Positions 37,692 through 48,913 of a stretch of 64,000 bases of DNA are shown in pieces. Source of the stretch: Felis catus (taxonomy: Eukaryota); contig NC_058382.1 in NCBI RefSeq assembly GCF_018350175.1, positions 52,516,001 to 52,580,000 on the forward strand, read 5' to 3'. Numbering within the stretch: position 1 is the stretch's first letter; each line of letters starts with the position of its first letter. The notes beneath the pieces are model-generated. The model searched no databases and was not told the DNA's origin. It saw nothing but the letters and a program-made list of their open reading frames with translations. The position numbers and the translations under genes are program-made.

Positions 37692-39479
37692 CCTTAAAGA
37701 CATTTATTATTCCAGAGTCGGGCTAACACACCTGTGCCATTGTCTGCCTCTGCCCTTCGATTGGGTGTTTTCTCCAAGAATCTTCTCTCCGGGGGCATCC
37801 TGAGTCTGCCACAATTCCATCTCGGTCTCTCTCTATAGTCGAGGGCTCCCTCTCTCTGCAGCTTTCTCTGGATCCTCACCGTCCTCTCTGTCAACCTTTT
37901 CTTTTCTCTTTCTCCACCTTCTCATCTGTCAGCTGGAAAGAAGCTAATGGAAGTGGCAGGAGAACTCAGTGCCTCCGAAGCATCTCTATCCCCCGAAGTA
38001 GATGCTCTTCCAGTTACGGAAGCTCTGACAGTCCATCCAGCAGAGAGAATGGCCATTCTCGAGCCTGACGTCCCCCTTGTGACTTGTGTTCAAGTCATCC
38101 GGTGCTGGCCGGATCATCAACCTTCTCAGAAGGTTCTCACACTTACAGCTGACTGAGATACAAACTGCCTCTAGAAGTGAGTCCATCAGTTCCCCAGTCG
38201 AAAGAGACCACATTCTGCGCAAACCGTTGCATGTTTTAAACAGAAGATAAACTTTTGTCCCTTCAGGAACAAATTGTTTGCATAATTGACATCCTGGGTT
38301 GTCAGGGAAGCCTTGCTGCCGCGTTCATTCTGATCACTCAAGTGGTCCTTCCTTCCACCCCTCGCCCCATTCAGAACATTACTCATCTGAGAACAAAAGC
38401 ATTCCTCAAATATCTTAAAAAGCTGCCATAGTCAGACTTTACGTGTCTCCAAGACATCTTTTGCCCGACATTGTGCCAAACCCCCCAAATCTATGAAAAC
38501 AGGTGTGCAGGGTATAAAACACGGGCGATGTGTGTGTGTCCATGCCTCCTCACCTACAGTGTGGCGTCTTGTATCAGGGGCTACTCTTTGCAGCTTCCTC
38601 CTTGGCTTGCTCTGGAATGTTTGCACCAGAAGGGTCTGTGAATCCCAGCTGTCCTCCGCTGGGTCAGCAGCGGAGTGGGGAACGAGGGCCAGGGATGTCC
38701 ACAGTCAGTGGTGTTCAAGCTTTGCATGTTTGAGGACGTCTTCCCCCGTATTCCGCAGCTGGCACTCTTTTATACCTGGTGACTGAGAGACACCACCTGA
38801 AATAATCAAGGATTTCATCGGTTAGTGTGCCTACCCACGGTCTGAAAAGTAGTCATTTTATACTAAGCGTGTACCAAGGAAGAGGGCGGTGAGATCATGC
38901 TCCGCATGTATGACCTTGCGTCACATCCTCATCCACTCAGTCAGCCAGCTCTCCTTGACTATTGTTGTGTCCACCGAGGTTCACGGGAGATTCTTCAAGT
39001 TGCCTGAGGTCATACAGGTAGGGGGTGGTGAAGCCGGGATTTACCCCAGGCTGGTCTCAATGCTGGAGACGCTCAGAATGCGTCGAGCCTTCCCATCGTG
39101 GAGCATCTGGCATGCCCAGATTATAATCACCACCTCAAAGAATAGGAGGGAATAACGAATATACACATTGTTTATTCTCAGCAGCTTCTGGAATGTGGGC
39201 CACCTCTCATTGGGAAGCATCCACTTCAGACCCAGCTAGTCAGAGACCATCCTCGGGAAGGACACAGTCCTCAGAAACGTGCCATTGTGTGTTTGGGATA
39301 GGGAGGATGCCTTGTCCCTCACTGTGGAGGGAAGCCTTGGGCAGAGAGTCTCCCCTCGATATCCCAGTCAGGCCCCAGGCCCCTCTGTAAAATTAGCTGA
39401 ACATTGAGGCTGTTCCTATTCTAAAGCAATAAACGATCCAGAAAAAAAAAATTAAAACGGAACGATACTTTGCATTACA

Positions 39480-39665
39480 AATCATGCTCCCGTACATTAT
39501 TTGACCCCACCCACAACTGTGTGAATTACGCAGGGTGTCATGTTTACATTTAGCCTCATTGCATAGACGAGGAAACTTGAGGCTCAGAGAATTATTATAT
39601 CTGTCCCTGCGTTACATAGCTGGTAAGTAAGACTCAGTCTTGATCTTCTGACCTCAAATCCTACA
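39480..39665 (-). mobile_element. MIR
   Basis: 'catagacgaggaaacttgaggctcagaga...acatagctggtaagt'. Confidence 0.8.
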
Positions 39666-39668
39666 GCT

Positions 39669-39789
39669 AGTCTTGCCGGATAAAAGTCAAGACACCCAAT
39701 TACATTTGAATCTCAGATAAATAACCAGTAGTTTCTTAGTGTAAATGTAGCCATGCAACCTTTGGGACATACCTATATGTCCCATACTT

Positions 39790-39844
<55 letters not shown>

Positions 39845-40120
39845 TTATATATATATAAATTTATATATATATATAAATTTATATATATATGAATATATAT
39901 AAATTATATATATAAATTATATATATATAAATATATATATTTATATTATATATATAAATTATATGTATAAATTATATATATAATTATATATATAATTATA
40001 TATATTTATATATTATATATTTATATATATAAATTTATATATATATAAATTATATATATATATAAATTTATATATATATATGATATTTAGCCTGTGTATG
40101 TGTAGCTCGTGTGTGTGTAT

Positions 40121-40156
<36 letters not shown>

Positions 40157-40250
40157 GAGCTGTACCTCTACTAAGAAATTATTTGTTGTTTATCTGAAAT
40201 TAGAATTTAAATAGGTATCCAATATTTTTTGTTTGGTAAATCCCGCACCC
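39669..40250. mobile_element. MER53 palindromic MITE split by a microsatellite
   Basis: Left arm 'ttgccggataaaa...tttgaatctcagataaat...tgggacatac' (39669-39794); right arm 'tactaagaaattatttgttgtttatctgaaatt...' (40169-40250). Confidence 0.85.
39794..40156. repeat. Compound (TG)n / AT-rich (TA)n / (CA)n tract
   Basis: Directly visible; about 250 bp of almost pure A/T. Confidence 0.97.
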
Positions 40251-43200
40251 ACCTACGACCTCTTTTCGTTTCTTCCCTACTCTACCGCACAGGCTTGATA
40301 TCAGCCTATGATTCAGTAACTACTGTAGGAAGTAATAATACTGTTTGGAGCTGCTCCTCATTATATACTCGTGACCCTCTAAAAGCGTGCTTTATTGCAT
40401 ATCCTTACAATGGCCTTGAAAGTTGGTGTAGTTATTACCCCTTCCCAGATGCCAGACTGGGGCTCCAAGAAATCAAGCGGCTTTCTGGAGACCTCGCAGT
40501 TAAAGAAGGTGGGGAACGGGCTTAGGACCAGAGATTGTGCTTCCAATGCCATATATTATGGTCTGCAGTCCAAAGTAATTTTTAGAAATTTAAAAAGAGG
40601 AATGACGCTCACCATCAGTCACAGAGGCGTAAAGCTCCTTGAGGGGAGAGCCCAGGTGTTGGCCTTCCTAAAACCAACAAACAAGCACACGTACAAACTG
40701 TGAAAGCACCCCAGAGAAAATGCTTTCCGGGTAGCAGGCCCCCCCAGCCCAGACCTGTTTGCTGGCTGATGTGTTTCAAGAGCAGCTCAGAGAAAGGAGT
40801 GGAAGACTCAGTGTCGTTTACACGGCTCTTTTGCCCTGGATGTGTTTTAAATTTTGTCAGGATTATAAACTGTGTTTCAAAACATGAAGATAAATTGGTC
40901 CTCTGACCTCTTATGAGGGGCCATAATTCATCGGAAAGGGGTACCGCCCCGCGTGTCATGCCACGGCTCCCCACTCCCCTTCTGGTTCTTTTAACCCTAT
41001 TAAACACAGACAGGGGAGACAAGGTGAGTGGAGAGTAGCTTGTTCCGCATGCGGTGCGTGGGAGGTGACTCTGGAAACCCCCAGCCCTCCCGTTAAACAC
41101 AGTACTTTTATCCGGTAATCACAGCCTGCGGGAGACAAAGTAACAATTCATCTGGAAAACGAGATTAACTCATTTAAGCTAGGCAGTGATCACAGGGAGA
41201 AGCACGTTGGCGGTGCCTGGCCCATGGAGAGACTGCAGATTCCTGGGCCATTCCGGTTCAGGGGGTCCGGGGAGCAGGCCCAGCCTGCCGAAAGTAATCG
41301 GGCCCCGCCGGAGTCCTCCCGAGATACGGGTCTTGCAGAGGAATTCGGTTCGTCTCTGACGCAGCCCCTCTTGGGTGATAAAAAGAGCATATTCGACTTT
41401 TCTTCATTAGAACGTCTTCCAGCCGCTGGCCTGTCCGCACGGCTCTGCCACGAGCTTCTCAGGTGAACGTGCTGCCGTGCCCTTCTCATTTGGGGCCTCT
41501 TAACAAGTGACGAAAACACACTGCAGTGTGATTGAGCACTTGTTGGTTCCTAAAGAACGTGCTTCATGCGGCCTCTTGTTCCAAAGAGGCAGCTGGCTTT
41601 CTTGCCGGGCGGCCGCAGCCAGGAGTGGCTGTTTATCTTTCCCCGGCAGTGACTCTCCTCATAGAGATGTCCCCGGAGTTGACCTCATCTTTCCCATCTG
41701 GAGCCCTGGGAACAGGTGTCTTACCCACATCAAACTGCACCCTCAAATCACCCAACGGCCCATGCATTTAGGGCAGCTGGAGACTCATTTCCCGGACAGC
41801 ATGGAGAGCCACCCCACTGCATATACACTTAACTGCCGGGAGACTTGATTATGGAAGCGGCACGTTGATACGAGCTGACGGCCTCGCCCCTGCCTGCTTC
41901 CCCCCCAGTACGTGCCCACCCTCCCGAGCCTTTCCGATGTCGCCCTGCTGGGATGGCCGCACGCGGGAGATGACAGATTAATGCTATAGAGAGTGTGCAT
42001 TCTTTGTTTCCGCACAGTTTTATTTTCTGCTTGTGCGTTTACTCACATCTGGACCACAAGTAACTTACCTGTTTGTTGAGGCCAGATATGGGGACCTAAA
42101 GACCCACTCAGTAGAAATTTTAGAAAACGGAGGGTCACCATAGGGACATACTGCAAATGAGTTTCTTTAAAGCCAGCCGGCTAAATTAACCAAAGAATGT
42201 GCCTCGCTCTGTTCTTGGTAGTCTGGCCTTTGTATGCTAGAGAAACAAATCTGTTGAGAATCCTCCAATGTCACACGGAAATTGTAACATTCAAAGCCCT
42301 GTGCAGGTATGCACATTTCAAATATATCACTCTCCCCTGTGCATAACTTTACCATTTTGGGGGGGGTTTATTCGGTAATAACCGGACTGAATAATTGCTT
42401 CAACAAATAGGGAGCAAGAGGCTCTTATCAGACTGGTATATGTGCTCTGAAGGGAAATATTCAGACTGGATGGCTGCAGCCATTGAGAGCTTGTTGAATA
42501 TTTAACATTTTTTTTTTTTTTTTTTTTTTTTTTGTGGATCCATCAACTAAGAAGACTATCAATTTTAGAGCATACAGCTGTTCAGGAATAATAGTTTGAA
42601 AGACCAGCCCCAAAGATCTTGGTGATGAAAGCGTGAACAGATGACGGAATGATAAACCTTTAATGCTTAAAAATGTGTTTTTATAGTTCCATCCCCGTAT
42701 AACATAGTCTGATAAATGTATTTGCGACTCACCGACCAAATGAAAGAACCTTCCATAAGGGGACCCAGCACAGTTTGAATGTAAATGTTTGCTCCGAGTC
42801 CCCTGTCGGTGATTGACTATGAGTATTGATCACCGTTAAAGAGTGAGCACACAGGAACCTCCTCAAAGCCTACTGCGCACACACTCCCACTTATAAACGC
42901 ATGAGTATTGATCACAGTTATTCCGTAAACATATCATACAAATTCCCTCTGTGCACGCGCCATTTAAATTAATCCAAATTCAGAACAAAGCTCACTTGGA
43001 AAGAGAAAGAGCATATCTTGCAGCACTGCCCTCCTGGACATTAAATCATCCGTAATCTGTGCGAGCTCAGTGAAGAAGCGGCCTGAGCCCCCTCCCATTC
43101 ATAGGACCCTGGGCTCTTGGGCTCCCGTATCTTGGGTAATGAATACTCTGCCGTGACGTCTTAAGTGAGAAAGTGCTCTGAGTGCGAAGGCGGTGTGCAT

Positions 43201-43304
43201 CTGACTTGAAAATGTTGCATGGATTAAAAAAGACGTGAGCAACACAGCATCTAATTGCAATCCGTGAAGCTTGTTTTGATTTAGATTTAAATGAACCTAC
43301 CATC

Positions 43305-44052
43305 AAAGATAATTTTCTGAGACCGTCAGGGAAATCTGAATATGGAGTAGGTAATAGTATTAAGTAAGGACTGTTAATTTGGTAAGCATGATAATATTTT
43401 GAATAAAATTCATTTTGTATTAGAGACTCATACTGAGAAAAGTATACCAGTGAGATGTTTGGGATTTGCTTTAAAATAATAAAAAGAAATAGTTGGGGCC
43501 GTGTGGGTGACTCAGTTGCTTAAGCATCTGACTTCGACTCAGGTCATGATCTTGCTGTTCACGAGTTCATGCCCCCCGTCGGGCTTTGTGCTGACAGCTC
43601 GGAGCCTGGAGGCTGCTTCGGATTCTGTGTCTCCCTCTCTGTCTGCCCCTGCCAGGTTCGCTTTCTGTCTGTCTTTCTCTCTTTCAAAAATAAAGAAACA
43701 TAGGGACGCCTGGGTGGCTCAGTCGGTTAAGCTTCCGACTTCAGCTCAGGTCTTGATCTCATAGTCCCTGAGTTCAAGTCCCACATCGGGCTTTGAGCTG
43801 TCAGTACAGATTCTGTGTCTCCTTCTCTCTCTGCCCTTCCCCTGCTCACGTTCTGTCTCTCTTTCTCTCAAAAATAAACAAACATTAAAAAAATTTTTTT
43901 AATCAACATTAAAAAAATTTTTTTTAAGTAGAAAAAAGATAGTTGGAGGACAGGTTACACAATTCCAGATTGGAAAGCATGGTAGCTATTGGTGCATTAT
44001 GGGTTCATTGTAACTAGTTTCTCTACTGTGAGGTACGTTTGAAAATTTCTCT
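43305..44052 (+). mobile_element. L1ME-like 3' end interrupted by two SINEs
   Basis: 'gggaaatctgaatatgg', 'gatgtttgggatttgctttaaaataat', 'gggttcatt...tctctact...gtttgaaaattt'. Confidence 0.75.
43495..43930 (+). mobile_element. Two tandem/nested Can-SINEs (43495-43701 and 43703 to about 43902)
   Basis: Two complete SINE bodies head-to-tail; outer imperfect TSD aaaaag(aa)atagtt. Confidence 0.93.
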
Positions 44053-44229
44053 GAGAAAATATGATCTGGCCACCTCAAGAGACAGATTGCCAGGAATGAC
44101 AGACAGGTCATAGCGTGAGCCGTAAGACATCGATCATTCCTGGTAACCAGGCCAGCAAAGCTCTGTCCTTCGAGGCTGTTATTATTTGGTATGTGTGATG
44201 TGTTGAGCTGACACAATGGGAACATGGTC

Positions 44230-44372
44230 GTCCACATGCCAGAGAGGCCTCAGAAGAAACCAAACTTACCAACACCTTGACCTCCAGCCTCCGGAACTGT
44301 GAGAAAAGAAATACGTGTTGTTTAAGCCACCAAGGTGTGTATTCTGTCATGGCAGGTGGCAGACTAATGCAC
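44230..44372 (+). mobile_element. MLT1 LTR 3' fragment
   Basis: 'agagaggcctcagaagaaaccaa...ccagcctccggaactgtgaga...gttgtttaagccacc'. Confidence 0.85.
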
Positions 44373-45149
44373 GGGTCCTGATGTGAATATAGTGAGAGAA
44401 AGAGGCGGAGCTAGGGCCTGGGACTCTAGGGAGCAGGGGAGCGCCACCCTGGTGGACCCCAGTAGGAGGGCTTTGTGGGTACGTGCGCACGCGTCCAGGT
44501 TTAATTTCCAGGAGACCATACTCGGTGGGATGAGGAGGAAAGCGGGTAAAAGAAACCAAAGTGTGGATTTTAGATGACTGGATGAACCCAGAGCTCTTCC
44601 GTGGGGTCCCCTTGGACATTGTGGTTGTGTCACACGGTTGTGCTCCGTGGATATTAGGTTTTCTCTCCTTGGTTCACCTAACGCGTCCTGACAGCCCTCC
44701 CTGTTCAAGGTGCTCTTCTAGGAGCGACACGGAGGATGGTAAAGAGCCAGGTACTCAAATTTACAGCAGCAACGTGTCCGAAAGAGAAGAAACAGTTGTC
44801 AAGACCTCTGGACCTGAAAAGGAGGTTGGCGTGTCGGAGGGAGTCGAGAGGCTCATTGGAGGCGGAACAGAACAGCTTCAGGTGAAAGCTGATGGCAGGT
44901 GCCACATCTCGCAGAGCCCTGTAAGCGGACGGCTTGAGACTTGCCTCTGGTTTCAGTAAGGAACCGCTGGATGGCTTTCAGCTAGAGACTCATAGGATGC
45001 ACTGCGATACAGGATGTGACATACGTTTGACATAAGGTATCACATATGATAATGCTATATTATGACAGGACTCATGCCAATACCAGGGCTGTTGGGGAGA
45101 GAATGGATCGTCATGGTTTAGGGTTGGAAACGCGGAGATCAATGAGAAG

Positions 45150-45520
45150 GTTTATCAAGATAGGAGTGAGTTCAGCAGCAGGTTAGAGAAAACACAAGTA
45201 AAATTAGCATAAGCGAATAGGGCTTTGTCTTTTCTTGCCTAATAAGAAGCCCAGAGGGAGGCAGTTGCTGGCAGTGACTCAGCTGGCTCAGCGGCCCAAC
45301 ACTTGTCAGAGTTCTGGGTCACCAGCCCTGTGGTTCTCTAGGTCATTGCTCTGGGCTCTTAGATGGCCACCACCATGGTAGGCATACCAGTTGGGTCCCA
45401 GCTGGGAAGAAGGAGAAGGGCATGGTACCAGCTGGCTCTGACCTTATTATCAGGAAAGGCAAAAGCTTTTCCAGAATCCCTCATGTGGCCTCCTAGGTTG
45501 TGAGGGATACTGGGAAAGCC
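45150..45520 (-). mobile_element. Old MLT1 (J/K-like) LTR fragment
   Basis: 'aataagaagcccagagggaggcag', 'agatggccacc', 'aaagcttttccagaa'. Confidence 0.55.
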
Positions 45521-45709
45521 CTGCAGGAGAGGAGGCCGATGGGGCCACCAACCAAGATGTCTGCCACGTGAGGTCTTGCAGGGCTTTGAGCAAGAAATCA
45601 TGTGGTCTCAGAAAGGATGTGTCTTAATAAATACTGTCAGCAAGAGGAATGTCTAAAAGAAAGGAGGGGGGAGGGAGCTCTTGAGCCCATCAGCTACTCA
45701 TCTACCTTA

Positions 45710-45900
45710 TCCTTGAATTAGCTCATGCAACCCTCGTAACTAGCCTATGAGGTATGTGTTAACTTTCTCATTTTACAGATGAGAAAACAGGGACAAAGTG
45801 GGTCAGACTTTGTCTAGGTCACAAGTAGTAAGTGGAGGAGGCAGGTTCCAACCCAGGTGTTTTGGGAAAGGATGACATTCCCTTTACCTACCGTTTATCC
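45710..45900 (-). mobile_element. MIR
   Basis: 'cattttacagatgagaaaacagg...aggtcacaag...aacccagg'. Confidence 0.85.
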
Positions 45901-45912
45901 GCCGCTGCTCTG

Positions 45913-46400
45913 CTACTGAGGGTTGAATTGTGTCACCCCCCCACACACACGCCCAAAAAATCCAAAGGTCAAGTTCAAGTCCTAACCTCCAGCAACTCAG
46001 AATGTGGCCTTATTTGGAACTAGGATCTTTTCAGAGGCGATCAAGTTCAAATGAGGTCCTTAGGGTGTCCCCTAATCCAGTCTGGCCGGCATCCTTACAC
46101 ACAGGGGACATCTGGACACAGAGGCGACACCTAGAACAGGAGGGCGATGTGATGAGACACATGGAGAGAACAGCACAGGCAGAGGGAGGCACAGATAGGT
46201 ATCGTACTGCCACAAGCCAAGGAACATCTGGGCTACCAGAAGGTGGCGGGTGAGGAGGGGTTCACCCCTAGAGGCTTAGAGGGAGGGCGGCTGTGCTGAT
46301 ACCTTGATTTCAGACTTCTGGCCTTCATGACTGAGAAACGATAATTCTGCTGCTCTTCTGATACAGTTTGTAGAGATGTGGTATAGGTTTTCTAGGAACC
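45913..46400 (+). mobile_element. MLT1 (B/C-like) LTR
   Basis: 'gggttgaattgtgtc...cagaatgtggccttatttggaa...ccctaatccag...accttgatttcagacttctggcct'. Confidence 0.9.
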
Positions 46401-47195
46401 AGCCCACCTGCCAAGTTCCACTGGCCCTTTGAGACTAGACTTATGTGGTAGAGGAACCCTCCCAAGACCCTTGTCCCGGATGCACCTGCGGTTTAAATGA
46501 GGACCCCGCGCCAGGATCCCCATGCTATGCTGTGCTTGAGTCTATGCCAATATCCCCACAGCCGCTGCTGGACACATGTCTGTGGCTCTTTGGCAACCCT
46601 CATGTCTCTACACTGCTTTTCCTGTGACATCAACGTGAGGCCCACCGGACTGTCTCCAGGGAGATTTCATTGGAGGTGTGGGCCACAAGGAGGTGTGACC
46701 CTTATCCAGCTGCAGGGCCTTCCTTTCGTGCTGGATCTCCATGACCCGCCATGTTCCAGCCTCATTTCCCCTCCTGGTCAACCGTCATCCTTCTTGTGGG
46801 CCACCATTTCTTTAGCCAGGTGTTTTGTACGTGATCTCACCAGCCTCATGTTGATTCTTCTGTTTTTGTTGCAAAAGGGATGTATCCTGTATCTTTTCCC
46901 AAGATACGTGGTTAGGGAATGAATGCCTTGATGCTCAGTGATGTTCAACTAATAACACCTCTCCCCATTGTTGTGAGCATAACCGGAAGTAGTGTTTGCT
47001 CTGAAAGGTATAAAAGGTTAAGCGGTTTTATCCCACTGTGATCACGATTACCTTGACCAGAGTTGCCCAGGCGTTGGCTGTAAGCTCTTGGAGGGCAGGG
47101 GTATTTTGTATAAATCCAGTCCCTGTCCCTCAGCCTAGGGCGTGACCCGCACTATGCTAATAGTTCATGTGGTTTTTAAAATTTCATTTAAATCA

Positions 47196-47413
47196 GGGGT
47201 ACCTGGGTGGCTCAGTTGGTTAAGCGTCTGGCTCCAGCTCCAGCTCTGGCTCCGGTCATGATTTCGTGGTCCGTGAGTTCGAGCCCCTCCATTGGGCTCT
47301 GTGCTGACAGCTCGGAGCCTGGCACCTGCTTCGGATTCTGTCTAGATCTCTCTCTGCCCCTTTCCTGATTGCACTCTGTCTCTCTCAAGAATAAATAAAC
47401 ACTAATTTTTTTT
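47196..47413 (+). mobile_element. Can-SINE
   Basis: SINE body; TSD attt(c/a)atttaaatca at 47181-47195 and 47414-47428. Confidence 0.95.
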
Positions 47414-48149
47414 ATTTAATTTAAATCAGTTCAATAGACATTGGTAACTTGAGAAACCATGTGAATATAGAGATACGGTAGTCGATAGTCTATTCTGGAA
47501 GACACAGTACAATAATTACAATAATTATAGAACCTGAAATAATATCATCCTACCTGATATTATACTATTTAGTTAGCTCTGTATTTGGAGACTACCAGGT
47601 TTTTGTCCATCCTGTTCGTTATCGTATCTCCAGTGCCTTTTGAACAGTGTTTGGATCTTGGTAGGTGGTCAACAGTTGCGTACTGAGTGCAGAAGTTGAT
47701 CGAGGAACTGCTGTGAAGGGCATGATTCACTCTCTCTGATGTTGGCCAAGGAATGTTTCCTGGGACAGAAGATAGTTGAGTTGGGTTTTGATGAGTGAAT
47801 AGGAGTTGTCCTGGACACACGGAGGAGGTGGACTGGAAAGGGAGAGGAGCATTCCAGGCAGAGAAGCCCTGAAGGGCAAGCCTTCATTGCTTCTTTGGAG
47901 ACTCCGCTACGGAATTCCTTTGGGTTGGTCTCTCGTGGATCTAGGGGAGGATTGCGATGGACAGTAGTTGGAAGCGTATTTGGAAGGATCCATATTTTTC
48001 TCCTTCCTCCTCACCATCAGTTCATATTAGTGAATATGAATATGAATAATCATATTCATGAATTCCCTGTCTGTGGCCCCCGTCTCCTTGGTGATGGCGG
48101 GAAGCTGTGTGTCAGCTTGAAACATACTCAGAACGTAGTGGACTCAACA

Positions 48150-48660
48150 CCAAGCGTCTTATTGTAAATGGACCCACTTTGACTGCAGTTACTTTAATGG
48201 TGCCTAAATGATAAATGTTAATAAAAAAGCATTTTCGCTTGGGAAAGCACAATGGTATTAGCCTGCCAGACTGCCAACGCCATTTACTTTATGGAAAGGG
48301 ATTTGAAATAAGAGGTTCTGGTGGTTGTATTTTTGCCTCAACAGTTATTTATAGAGAAAGTATGGGCCATTGCATGTTTATAGAATCTCTTCTTTATGGA
48401 CGCCCAAGTTATTATTTTTTATTGGTTTGGGTACTTATTTTGCGCATTTGTAAACAATTATGTAGTTATGCAGCTGGTGTGCCACAGAGGGCCATATGCA
48501 TTTCCATGTTAAGAGAAAATTCCATGAGGGATTCTCACTGGGTACCATCATAAAAGAATTATTGTACTGCCAAAAAAACAAAAAAGACTGGCTCAGGAGT
48601 TATCACTGGGTTTTTACAGTGTTGGGAGTTAAATGGGTTTGATTCTTTTTCGCTAACTTT
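48150..48660. promoter_or_regulatory. Candidate conserved enhancer block (posterior HOX/CDX and FOX motifs)
   Basis: Repeat-free; TTTATGG twice, TTTATTGG, CATAAAA, GTAAACA; conservation untested. Confidence 0.4.
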
Positions 48661-48853
48661 ATAGAGTTGCAGTCAGACTTTAAAAACTAGATATGTAGCT
48701 TCGGCCCATGGTCCATACATGCATGGAAAGCATGTCTTACTACTTGTCCCAAGGTGAATCGATGAATACATACATGGATAAATTCTCTGCCCCGTTCCGT
48801 ACTCTTGATGGAGAAGGTACACACCTTGGGAGACTCCTAGTTTTACTAAGGAA

Positions 48854-48855
<2 letters not shown>

Positions 48856-48910
<55 letters not shown>
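48856..48910. repeat. (TG)n microsatellite
   Basis: Directly visible. Confidence 0.97.

Positions 48911-48913
<3 letters not shown>

Noticed and set aside
42819..42920. Repeat-spacer-repeat resembling CRISPR
   Set aside because: Only two copies, mammalian context, no cas genes
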